This document shows positions 13,225 to 25,785 of a stretch of 64,000 nt of DNA, one piece after another. A model generated the notes under the pieces. That model ran no database searches, was not told the origin of the DNA, and saw only the letters and a list, made by a program, of their open reading frames with translations. The first letter of the stretch is position 1. Each line of letters starts with the position of its first letter. The stretch comes from Gonapodya sp. JEL0774 (Eukaryota). The DNA lies in contig JADIIX010000098.1 of NCBI GenBank assembly GCA_027604505.1, forward strand, positions 1-64,000. The letters run 5' to 3'. The position numbers were made by a program, and so were the translations under genes.

Positions 13225-16022
13225 ATGGGGGATCGGTCGGCCCAAATAGCCGCAGGGCGAGAGCGACTGAACAAATTCCGAAAAGCAACAAAACGAGAGG
13301 GCGTGGCTTCCGGCGATTCAGTCACGAGCGTGAATGCGAGCACAGTATCGCTGAATGGCAGCAACGGGACGTTGGCGACACCGGGGCCATACGCGAACAG
13401 CCCACCTCGGTCTCTCCCTCAGTCACCACCGCTAGCGGCGCCGCGACATACCTCGCCTGTATCCTCCGTGGTGCGCAGAGCATCCCCATCTTCGTTGACA
13501 AGCCCTCCCTCGCCTCTCGTGCGTTTTCACCTTTGCGGGTATTTTTTAACTGTCATCAAATGAGCCAATGCTTTTCTATCATCTGTTGTCTGTCTCGCTA
13601 CGTACTCTCCGCGCTCTCTATCAGCCACCAGTCTCAACTCCTAAGAATTCCATCTCTCACGCTTCTCTTACTTCAGCCGCGAACCAGCAATCATTTCGCA
13701 AAGAAGAGGTCGCCAAATTGGTTCAGGATAGGAACACATGGCTCGCAGAGATGGAGAAGCTGGACTCGCAGTTGAAGCAGGCACTGAGTGAGTCGTGAGT
13801 CATTCTTTCTGTATTATAAACACTGTGCAGACTTAAGTACGCGAGGAGGGTACGGATGATAGAAATTATTAAAAGCAAATCGAGGGGGAGAAGCTCAAGC
13901 AATCTTAATTTCGCGTTGGGTACGATTTTGGATACCGCGCCATTATGGAATTTCAAACTCATGCATTGAGGACGAAATGAGTAGTAAGATGGCTGGACTC
14001 ACTCAACGAGATCGGACCCACTAACTTGCACTTTATCAACCCTCCCGCACCACCCTCTTTGTCCACGGACCACCAGATGAGAATACATCCCTACACAATG
14101 AACTACGTGCCCGAGGTGACCACGTGCGATCCTCATTTGAGCACGACTTGTCTGGCTTGCGGGACGCGCTACTTGACCGGTCAAGACGGGTGGAGGAATT
14201 GGAACGGTCGAGGGAGGAGGAGAGGGCCCGTGCGTTGGACCTGGAGAGGAGGAACCAGAATATGGAGAGCGAGCTTGCCAAACAGGTTAGAAGAGTAGAA
14301 GAGCTGGAAGAACGGACAAGGGGGACGGAGGTTGCTGCTGCTGCTGCAACTGCTGCCAGAGCCGCAGCCTTGGCAGCTCGCGCAGAACCTCCTTCCTCTC
14401 CAAACTCGTCTCATCATCCCAACGCCAGCACCATAAACTTTACTGCCACCTCTCCAGATCTTTCAACCATTGCACAACTTGCCAATCTCCAATACGACCT
14501 CGACCGCAAAACTGAGCTCCTCGACTCGGCTTTATTTGATGTACGCCGTCTCACTGACGCCCTAACAGATCAAGAAGTGCTTGTGACCTCTTTGCGTTCA
14601 ATGCTTGAGGAATCTAATGCAGTGCGTACAACGCTCGCGACGGACGTTGAAAGACTTGCTGCGCAACTCAAGGACTCAGAGTCGCGGCTCGCTGCGGCAC
14701 AATCAGTGGTTTCTGAAGCCACATCGCGTGCGCATGACTTGGAAGCGGAGCTGGCCGAGCGCACCCAACGTGCTGCCTCTCTTGAAACGGAAATTGTTAG
14801 GTTAGCGCTGGAACGGGATCGCGAGAATGTTGAGCGTGCAAGGCTGGTGGACGCGGCAAGGAATGGACAGGTCCAAGCTCTGCAAACAGAAAATTTAGCG
14901 TTGGTTAAAGGCTTGGAAGAAGCCAGGGCAAGGGTAAGCGAAGTGGAGAAGGAGAGCGATTCTTTGAGAACGGAGGAGGAACGATTGAGAGGAAAGATAA
15001 CGCGGCTGGAGCAGGAAACACAGGCATTCGGACTCATGAATGAAGAACTTACGAGACTGAGGGATCTAATTAGGGGAATGGACTCTTCAAGATCATCCTT
15101 GGTGGCAGCAGTTACGGGCCCGGGCACGCCCTCCGTACCAGACCAGCCCCCTGAACCCTGGCGACGAAATAGTTATCCTGCTATCTCCCAAACTCTCGCA
15201 ATCACGAACCGTGAGCCGTCACTTGGCTCATTACCGCCCCAATTTGCACCTTCACCCTCGCCGCCCCATCAAGTTTCTGAGGAAGACAGTGGGTCCCCAT
15301 CCCCGCCCCTTGTATCAGCAAGTGGAATCGAAGCGGATGTAGCAGAGCCTGCATCACTCACGGTTCCGCCTGCTCAGTCCTCCTTACTTGCATTACCAAC
15401 TGAATCCTCGCCGACTGCTGCTGACAACGGACACCGTCTTTCCGTATCTATAACGCACCGGGATCTGCTGGACGAGATCGCACGGCTGCGCGATGAGGTC
15501 ACAATGTTAGAGAAGGAGGTTCGTACAGTCCGTCACGTCAAGGATCAACTGCAGGAGAAATTGGTAAGATTAGATAGGGAAAAGAGAGAATTGGAGGCAA
15601 AATTAGAGAAGGTGAGATGGGCAGGAGGTGAAAGGGACTTGCACAGACTTAGTGAACCGCACAGGGGAGTTGAAACCTCTTGTTCCTACCCTTCACAGGA
15701 GCAACATGTCAACGAGCTACTCGCTCGTGAAAATGACAACATTCCGGCGTATGTCGTCCTTTATCAACAGGAGCGCCGGACCCTCCTCTCGCAAGTGAAC
15801 CGCCTCTTGGCCCGCATTCGGACGGAATCTGGACAACCCCCCCCTTCGATAGGTTCTGGTCCTCCGGCAAGTTTACCATCATCGCCCGCTGGAGTGAAGG
15901 CTGGAGGAAGTTTCATGGGAGGGATCGATGTCGGAAGGGAGTTACACGTGGCAAGGCAGCAGAGGGTGACGCACGTCGGACCGTGTAGGAGATGTGTGGA
16001 TGCTGAGGTCATTATTGTATAG
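13225..16022 (+). CDS. Coiled-coil golgin, GM130/GOLGA2-like
   Basis: N-terminal RSAQIAAGRERLNKFRK motif, long coiled coils, ENDNIPAYVVLYQQERRTL (resembles GM130 ETDTIGEYIALYQ), C-terminal CxxC and hydrophobic end (GPCRRCVDAEVIIV). Confidence 0.72.
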
Positions 16023-16141
16023 GATAGATGACGGTGCATTTAATAGTGTATGCGGTTGGGGGCTTTTATCGTTGCCGTTTTCTGTCTGCTGGGTCAGGCA
16101 CATTGCGACATGTTTCCCACCCGTTACCGTCAGCTTTGGCA

Positions 16142-17569
16142 ATGTTCAGCCATCCAGTCCCACGGAGTCCAACCAGATTTCGTAATGCATTCCGTCTTGC
16201 TGGTCAAACTGCCGCATCATCGCCCCTGCGTTGCTGGAATCTCCCGCTCCCTCCTCAAAAACCATATTCAACGGTTGACGACCCAGGTTCCTTGAACGCG
16301 CCCGAAGGAAAGTCAAAATTTGAATTCAACGACCGGCTATTCTATTGGTACCCTGGGCACATGGTCAAGAGTCTTCGGCTGATGCGCAACAGGCTTAAGT
16401 CTGTGGATCTTGTTGTTGAAGTGCGCGATGCCCGAATCCCTTTCTCCTCTGTGAACCCACGCTTTGAGTTTCTGATTGAGCCGACTAGTGTGGAGAGACT
16501 AGTGGTGTATAATAAAGCCGACTTGGCCGACAAAAACAGTCAGAAGGTGAATTCATACTTTCAGCATCGGGGTCCAGTACATTCTCACTGATCAGTGTCA
16601 GGCGGTCTCCGATGCGTTTTTGAGATATAGAAATCAGAAAGTCCTCTTTACATCAATTGGCGATAAGAAAGCGGTGAGGCAGATTCTCCAACGAGCAGCT
16701 TGTGAGTGGGCTCGTAAATTGTCATCTGGTTTCGCACCTGCGCAAACGACGCTTGCCTGCCAGTAATTGCTCAGCAACCTCAAAACGAAGATAAGGGGAT
16801 CAGTGCTCTTATTGTGGGAATGCCCAATGTTGGGAAGTCTTCGTTGATCAATGCTCTGCGTGAGATTGGGGTACAGAGAGGTCCATTTCCACTGAGTTCA
16901 CACCTTCTTGAAGAGACAAAAAACGAAAGTTTTGTGCTCACATGTTCCCACCGATTGCAGGAAAGGCGGCCAAAGTGGGACCAGAGGCTGGGGTAACACG
17001 ACAGATACAGGAACGCATTCGCATTTTCGAGAATCCACCCATTTACCTTGTCGACACACCGGGAATCATGGATCCTTATATCTCTGACCCACAGCAAGCG
17101 CTGAAAGTGGCTCTTACTGGAGGTACAAAAGATCGCCTGGTCGTTGAAGAGCATGTTGCCGACTATCTGCTTTTCATTCTTAACCAGCGGGGAAGTGAGA
17201 AGTGAGCACAAAACACTTGATAACTTGTCCGTGGGAGTTTTTCATTCAGTCACATTCACGACTAGATATCTGTCCTTTCTAAACCTGCCGCCAGGAGTCC
17301 AACCACCTCAAACCTCGCATGAGCTTCTCCCTCTTGTTGCTCTGCGAATTGGTGCTGTACAGCAAGGCGGCTTTCCGGACTTGACACGGGCATTAAATTT
17401 CTGGATACGGAGCTACCGGGAGGGCAAGTGGGGACGATTTACACTGGATGATGTTGATGCTTATGCGATTGAAGCATTCTTTGCAAACCCCAACGAACGG
17501 CACCGAGATGCAGAGAAGAGATCGCTTGATCAGCTGAAGAAGCAACGAAACTTCGGCAAAAAAACCTAG
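16142..17569 (+). CDS. MTG1: Mitochondrial ribosome-associated GTPase (YlqF/RbgA family)
   Basis: WYPGHM, VVEVRDARIPFSS, VYNKADL, GMPNVGKSSLIN, GVTR, LVDTPGI; Arg/Ser-rich N-terminal presequence. Confidence 0.93.
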
Positions 17570-17598
17570 GACTAGCGTACGAGGAGATTATATATAGA

Positions 17599-20500
17599 CT
17601 AAGCAAAATCACGCCACTTCCATAGAGCTAGTGCGTGTCGGTTCACATATTCTGCGATACAGTTGCGTGCAAGTTGGCAGGCCGCTACAAGTGACGTCTG
17701 TGGGGTAAGAGCGAGTGGCTGTGACGAGGAACTTTCCGGCCCCGGTGCTGGCATCAACCCCGCGAAAGCTTGCGGAAAGGTGGCTGTGGAACAAGATAAC
17801 CTATGCAACCATCTAAATCATTGCTTGGCACAACTAGAATAACTTACTCAGCAGATTAATGTGGTACTGTTCTCCTTCAGCCCACCGCCTTTGCATCAGA
17901 GAGATACCCTTCTCTACTCCCCTCAAAGTATCCATCTGGGATGCCAGGTCACTTTTAACTTTCTGGGACGCCTGCTGGAGGGAGTGCTCAGAAAATCATA
18001 CGGTGGTGAGGGAGAGTACACATACATCGAGAGTGGCAGGTGCAGTATCCGACAGGATTTCAGCAGTTTGTTGGACTCGTATTTTAACTGTTCTTACAAG
18101 TCCCTTAACGAGCTCGCCATGGTAGATGGACTCCACTTTGAGCCTGGAAATCGAAGCGAAGCAAATGAGATTGCTCAAGAGGACACGCGCTCTGACAAAA
18201 CGCACAGAACAGAGGCCAACCCAGCGTCGGTCTTCCCGACGCTCTCTCGACAATGAACAAGAAAGGGCTCCAGTCGACTCGCGTCTTGCATGCGGTCGGC
18301 CTCCAGGTAGTATGTGGCCGCGACCATGTAATGAAGGGCGTGATAGGTCTTTCCATCCGGAATATGTTTTAGCTGCTTCAGAGCATCATCTCCATCATGC
18401 TTATGATCCTTAGCGGCATTCATCATCTGTGTGGCGGTGATTGGTGGCCCTCTCGGCGTTGCCTTGTTGGCGGGAGCGGCACTAACGATTGACCCAGAGC
18501 CGGATCCAGGCGTGTTCATTCTGGATTGTCCGTCATTCAAAAGTGAAGTAGGATTCGGACTACTTCCTCCAGGAGATGGTGCACCTGCTTCTGGTTGAGT
18601 TCTCCGGGACTTGTAGGTTTGCAGATTCAGAATTCTACGAGGAGCACCAGTACTGGCCGGAGGCGCGGACGATTCCTCGGCACGTTGGGTGGTTTCGGGA
18701 GTGTTCCCTTTGCGATCCCGGTCCACCACCTCGAGTATTTGGGAACTACGCGAAGGACTGGTTCTAGTCTTCTGAGCGATCGCGTTGCTGTGCGTAGTTC
18801 TCCCGGTATCCAGGGTAGAGGATTCCCTTTTGATCCGTTCTTTGCTGGTACGATCTTCTACAGTACTCCTTCGTGCGTCCGCGGCAGTTGCTGCCTTTCC
18901 ACTAACCCTTGTAACAGCTACGCTAGGGCCATTTCGCTTTGGTGAGCTCCGACGGCGATCATAGTCCTTTTCAAGATCCTCTGAAGACGAGTGCGCATAT
19001 GGAAGTGGTGTACGTTTCCTGGGAACAGGGGTCCGCTGTCGAGACCGTCGTCGCGACCGGCTAGACGACGAGGTCGAACGGCTACGTGATCTCGAGCTCA
19101 AACTATAGTCTGTCGATAAAGACCGAGAGTACCTGGGGCGTGGCTTTCGTCGTCGCTCCCGGGATCTACTGTCCGAAGTACTCGATGATGATCGCTGCCG
19201 AGGTCGGTAGCGACTTCTGGCGTTCACTGGCCGGCGATCTATCGGACTTCTCGGGCTCCTTGACCTCATATTACTCCTAGATCGACTCCGCCGGTCATCA
19301 CTCGAACTTCGTCTTCGTCGGTTGCGTGAATCTAAACTCCTGTCCCGTCGTCGATCTCTTCGACTCGACCCTCGGTCGGGTGACGATTCTCTGATTCCAC
19401 CAATGCTGGTGCTCCTCCGTCTGTTCCGCCCACCGACCTCAAAGCTACGTGAGCGCCGACGAGGTTCTTTTTTGTCATCATAAATGGAGAGAGTCTTGCT
19501 TTCACTTGATCTCAACCCGCTTGAAAGCTCTCGCGACTCCTTCGATCGCAACTCAAATTCCGATTTAGGGTCAAGATCGCGTTTTACAGCGATCGCAGAG
19601 TCAGCACCATTTACGAGATGATTGTTGGAAGAAGATGCGGTGGGTGTATCGACAGCGTCTGCAGTCTTCGGCCGCTTAGAGACTCTCGGAGGTTCCAGAA
19701 ACTCACCGTCAACAGAGCTCACACGCTTAACAGATGATCGAGCAGCACCACGAGCATCCTCGTCGGAGGATGAGCTGATGGGATCGAGCGGAGTAACATT
19801 ATGCGACTTTACGGTTGGTGCGACTGCATCAGGAGAGGTACGTAGGAGTTCCAGTTTAGGAAGAGGATTCACTACCCTAGCAAACGAGTTGGTACGCTTT
19901 GATATCTTCATAGAGACAGCCATCCGAGGCGCCACATCCTGCTTTGTCACTGTTGGTTGTTCTAGACAAGGTTGGGGCTCCATGGCGGTAGATGACGGGT
20001 TCACAAGAGTCGGAGAGGAGAAAGCATCACAATCTTTCTCTTGTTTTACGCTGACTGCCTTTTCCTCTTTCGGGGCGAGAGCTTCTTGGAAGGGAGTGTC
20101 GACCCTCCCCGTCGGACGAACATCTGTGGCCCGTCCCTGTTCTCGACTTCGTGAAAGTAATGTTGCTAGCGGAACTCCGTCGTCGTCGGAATCATCTTGG
20201 GGTGCTCGTGTTGCAAGTCTGGCTTGAACCACAGGAGACGGCACTGGCGCGGTGCTCGGCTGGGGAGGTGACTGTGCTCGTTTGACATCCACCTGTACTA
20301 CGGGCGGTGACGAAGCGCCTTCAGGAAGTGGTCGCGGCGATGGTAAGAGTACAAGGTTAGAAGAAGGTGGCTGTGTCGATCGTGGGAATTTAAGCGTCGG
20401 GGACATTCTCTGTGATTGCGCTGGCGCAACAGCAAGTGATGATGCTGAAGCATCTGAAGTCGTGGGCGACGGAATCTGAGCTGATTGAGTCATCTTCAAC

Positions 20501-21495
20501 TGAGTATTTGAATCAGTCAATGTCGCAGCGTCAGGGATCCTGCGTCGCGAGAATCGAATGCTGTCGTCCCAGATTGGCAAGGTGGGCGAGACAGGTGATG
20601 GGAGAGGTTTCGTAAACCACTGATCAAACAAGAAAATTAAACTTCCTGCCATTTAGGAACAAGACCGATAAAGTTCGATACATACCAAGAGCACCTCGAG
20701 AAGCTCAGGGTCGGTGGCGATGGCAGGAGCGACGGCTGCAACCTTGGTTGAATTGTCACTTGAATGGAAGGAGGGCAGTGAGGTAGAAGGAGGCTTATTT
20801 GAGGGTTTGAAATCAAGGTTTTGCTTCCTATTATCATCTTTCAAAGGCTTCATCGTCTTGACAGAGCTGGGATGCATCGGAAAAGCTTGTGAGGCCATAA
20901 AAAAGGCAGCACATTAGTTCATGTTGCTCACGAGTGTCCAGACGTTGATTTGTCGCCGTGTCCACCGCTCTGCTTCAGTGTGGGGCCACCGAGGGTCGTC
21001 CCATCCATGTGCTCGGATCGTTTGTGACCGCTCACGTCCTCATGAATTCCATTCCTGGTCATGGAAGAAGAAAACCCATTCTGTAAACTATCCAGCTGCC
21101 GTTCCTTCCTTGGAGGCAGTTCGACGGCAACGACCGAGGCCTGGGAAGGCAGGCCTGGTCTCTGGCTCGACGCCAGTAAATCAGAATCAACAGGGTTCAC
21201 AGAATCTTTCTCTTGTTTCTCTGTTACGTTTGCCGTTGTGGAGACAGCCCGTCCGGGGTGATGTAGGGAGGGTGGCAGATGGGGACGTGGAGCAGACGGC
21301 GAAGGGATCAAGGAAGGAGCATCCGAGTCCAGCTGAAGATGCGACCGCAAACCGGCTATGTTCTCATTCAGAAACGAGAAGTCGGTATCCATCAATGGGT
21401 CATTGGGGATCTTTACATACTGGCCAACCAACAGTAGGGGATGGCAGATACATGCAATTAATGATGCTCCTGCAAACCAAAGCCTCAGGAGCCAT
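17599..21495 (-). CDS. Large Ser/Arg-rich disordered protein with C-terminal helical domain resembling the AF4/FMR2 (AFF) CHD / Ebp1 (start uncertain, 21495 or 21395)
   Basis: 825-aa ORF 18175-20652 plus flanking exons with GT-AG sites; MMNAAKDHKHDGD...HYMVAATYYLEA and PLALTPQTSLVAACQLARNCI motifs. Confidence 0.6.
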
Positions 21496-21523
21496 CCAAA
21501 AGATACCCTGATGCAAACTAATG

Positions 21524-24500
21524 CTACTTTCCATTTGAATTTACATATCTCTGTCCAAAATGCAAAAACTCAACCCCATATCGCGAGATACATTCCTCAA
21601 CACGTCCATCATACCAGTCCCCTGTCTGGAATACAACAGAAGACACCGCAACCAGAAAGTTGTAAGCGGCAAAGAAACAAAAGGTACAAAAAATAAACGA
21701 AAATCTCACTTTGAGTTGCGCTGTCGATTTCTTTCCCTGGAGGTAAATCCGCAACCCGCGTTCACAGACATCGTCCGCCATTTCATTCGCACGTTCTGTG
21801 ACATAGGTTTCACATACGCGCAGAAAAAAGTGGACGTCGAGCACAAGTTGTTGAACCCCGCCGAACCCAATAGCACGAGGTTCCCCTGGCCTCTCCGAAT
21901 TTTCCCACCCTTTGGGTTCCAACATTATGGCAAGCAATTGCTCAATCAGAGTAGCAAGAATAGAGAATTTTTCGAGTGGAGGGGACTCAATCTGGACGGC
22001 GATATTGTGGATTTCGAGGATGAGTCGAGTAATCGACTCTGAGGGCCGGGCGCTCTCTGAGATTCCTTTATTCTGATAAAAGAAATTAGAAAGTGTGGCA
22101 AAGGAAGAATTCGCATAACTATATGTGGAACAAGCTGCAAAGCATCACGTGAGATTCCAACTCACACTCGAATAGTCCATCCTCTCGAATGGAAAGATTT
22201 CTGACTGTGTCAGATTCGCTGAACGCCACACGCAATAAGTCTCCATTGTGTGAGCTACCAATGTGCGACCGACTGTAAGCAGTTCCTCAAGCTCGGGAAT
22301 GGGTCGATCAAACCGATGCTGGAATCCCGACCAGCACAGCCACACAGCAAGATGACGTAAGCACACCAGATGGAATCAAACAAACTCTTCATGGACTTAC
22401 GCTTAGCTGCGCAATGATGCGGGGAAGAAATTCGTCCACTACAAAAACCTCATCGCACATGATCGCGAAAACCTGCCCGTCTTTCATCAGCGAGTTCTTC
22501 ACTGACTCAGACAGTATGGTAAGATAGCCATTAAATAAACCGACAAAACTGCTGACAATCTTCTCATAAAGCTGGGCACGGTCGAAGCAGTCGGATCAGT
22601 CCATGGAAAAGCGGCAAATATCAGGAAGTGGGCCACTCACAGACAAAGTCACAAGTAAGCTCATATCGTTCATGAACTCCACCACCACGTCATAGAATGT
22701 GTATGCGCTCTGTGTAACCTTGAGACCAGGTTGCAGCTCACCTGCCTTGTCTTCGCTAGGGACAATGGCAAGAGTATCCTTCGCAATGGATGCGACAACT
22801 GCCTCATAACAACGTCGACCGTACGCATCAATAGCATTGAGAATATCGTCCAGGAACAAGTGTTCCAGCATAAAATTCAGGTCTAGTCCAACTTCGCGAA
22901 GCTGCGCAGGGTCACATTATCGCACATGTTGTCACTTAATGACGCCAAGTCAAACCCACGGTTCGAGATTGTTCTACGGTAGCCTGCAAGCAATCAGCAA
23001 TGACTGCGAAGTTCTGACCCGCATCAAATATTTGCCGTCGGAAAATTGCAGCATACTGCTCAATTTCGGTTTTGACCCACTTCAAGAAACCTGTCCGCAA
23101 GTTGAGCTTTTATGAAGGAGCGAATCTCTTAAGATCTCGCAAACAATATTGTACCTGAAGCCATGCCCGATTCCTTGAATGATGAGGTGTACCAATCACA
23201 GGTATTTCGGATTATGGTGAAGACGACGACCGCCAGCTCGGCTATGTACTGTGTGATGTCACCATCAAACTGCAGCTGGCTGAAATACTTAAAGGGTTCA
23301 TTTGCGCAATAATGTGAAGTTGAACCGATTGTACTCACCGCACACGATGCTTGATCAACGATGATCTAGCAGTGAGAAAAATCTCGCGCGCCTACAATCA
23401 AAATTATACGTGAACAAAGTCTGGACACTATCGACGATTGCGCAACAAATACCTCACCTGCTCTCCTAAGCCCAGTCTGAGTAAACGGTCAATGTTGCAC
23501 TTAACCTGGGCACGTGTTGATAGTGGATTTGATAATTCTTGACTGATCACCGCGGCCAAACGCGTCACTCGCTCTTCCAAAGCCAAACGGAGGGAGCGTA
23601 CCCGGGCACTCTCTGTTGTGACCTGGGAGATTATAAGTTTTGCTGTAACACGTCTTTCAGGAAACAAAGCCCCATAGAAGCCACAGAGGAATCCTCGAAC
23701 GAATCAACATCCACCTTTATCAGTTTGTTCGACAGCCTCATCGAACTCTCTCAACGCAATGGAAACGTCCAATTCATCAGGGAGTTCAGTCAACCACCTC
23801 ATGTCCATGACAGAAATTTGATCTCTTGCTGCCGGAGCAGACATACTGTGGACTTTACCCACTAAGGAGTGCTTACGCATGGGAACAGTGTCAGGGTTTG
23901 ACGCCGGATTCTGCTTGGATGTGCTTGTCATTCCTTGGGACGGTGCATGTCTTTTAAAACGAATTCCGAAGGTGATGTCATCGTCCAGTGCTGTAGCATA
24001 CCCATTAGCGCCTGCTTTCCTCCCGCATCCCTCTCTTTGCGCCACGCCATTACGTTATCATCAGTAGCTTTCTTCAGGGCCGACAACCATTGCTTCTTTA
24101 TTTCCAATGCATCGCAGCGAAATATGAATACGTCAGGATGTTTCATGATTTTCAGTCCGTTGGTGACCTCTGGAAATGCATATCAAATGCCAGCCACCTC
24201 ACTTAGTCGGCAAACTAAATTGAAAGACTCCACTGTTACACACCAGCTGAATCCTTCATGTCGATGACTGCAATCTCCGAAAGCATCCAATATCGTTCAG
24301 CTTGCATTCGACCCTTGCCACTTCCCATGAGGTTTCGTCGACGGGTGCAGACAACGAGCGAATCGGAGAACAAAAACATCTGAACGGATTGCTTTTGCTT
24401 AAAAGAAGTAGTAGAAACTTCATAAAACGCAGATGTATCACGGAGGAGACGGCGAGTCGGAGTGGGCGGGAGGAGTTTCTGCAGGGACAACAGGATAAGA

Positions 24501-25569
24501 GGATCTGTCCCCGAGTGCGAAGCAAGTGCCCGTACCGAGAGTCCATCCACAACTTCGTAAACTCTGTCGGCAGCGACTTGATCTTCCCTATCTCTATCTC
24601 GGTCTCCCTTATCCCGAGAGCGGTCCAGACCCTCCCCCGTCGACCCTCGAGTGTGAGGTGGTGTGGTTGATGGGTGTAGTGAATCATCGACCGAATTTCG
24701 GCGAACTGTTCCAACGTTGCAAGAAGATTTCAAGAAGTCCAGTTTACGACTTGAAGTACACAAGGAAGAAGAGCAAGCCTCCCGGTTTTCAGGCTCAATT
24801 ACAGTGTCGCCGCAGATCCTTTGAATTTCGCACTCTTTCAAATCAAACAATATGTTGCACATTCGCCGTTCAGCCCACAACAAGGCGTTTCTGGGGAGCA
24901 CCTCTTGTCTCAGGAGTTGCGGGCACGACTCACTCACATGAAGAGTCGTTAAGATCTGGATTCTGAGCCCCCGGAGACCTGTCGAACCCAGCATCTTCTC
25001 TGAGGTTCTCGTTGATAGTTTTCAGATCCCCAAGGAGTCCCCGGAGAACGAGCACGTCACTCTCAAGTCTTGATACCTCCTTTGATATCGCTATGAATTC
25101 ATTGTAATTGCGGTATATTGAACGTTGGAGATCTGAAGCAGCGGTATCTTTCGCCTCTGCGAGTGTGGAGTGTACTACACGAACAGTGTCCTCTGACAAG
25201 GATGGGAGGTTCTTCTGAACATCTTATCACGTACAAAGCGTTCAGTTGAATGGCAGTGTGAGCACGATGTACGGTTTCGGACATCAGAAGTTTTTGAGCA
25301 GAGAAAAGTGATTAAGTTGTTCCCAAGAGTGATCCCATAAGACATTTGTGTTAATGGAAACTATGGATCCTCCCCTTACAAATGCGAATCGCTATCAACT
25401 CACAAGTTTCCGGAGAAAAGTCCCTGTCCATGAATGCGGAGATTTGAATGTCCAGCGGTGGTCCAACATCCCTGGATTGCTCGCGATCGCGACTCCCCCG
25501 TAGTTCATTCTCTTTGACGCCGTTGAGGCGGTTTGGAATATCTCTCGCAGTGCGAGAAAACTGGGCCAT
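21524..25569 (-). CDS. EXO84: Exocyst complex component Exo84
   Basis: ASDLQRSIYRNYNEFIAISKEVSRLESD, PH domain (MFLFSDSLVV...KKQWLSAL), WLTELPDELDVSIALREFDEAV, LLRLGLGEQ, GFGGVQQLVLDVHF. Confidence 0.9.
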
Positions 25570-25785
25570 TCATAAGGAGCTCCGGAACTGCCGACTCGCA
25601 GTTCGAGGTGTTTGCAATTAATGCTTTCGCTGCAGATGAATTATGCAATCAACAGCAATGGACACCAGCCGAGTAGTCCATTCATGTATTCACCCACACC
25701 CCCTATCTTTGTAATCATAGCATTTCAGACACAAAACACAAATTGGAAATTGGTTTCAGGAAAGTTATAGGCAATCCTTCTTCAT

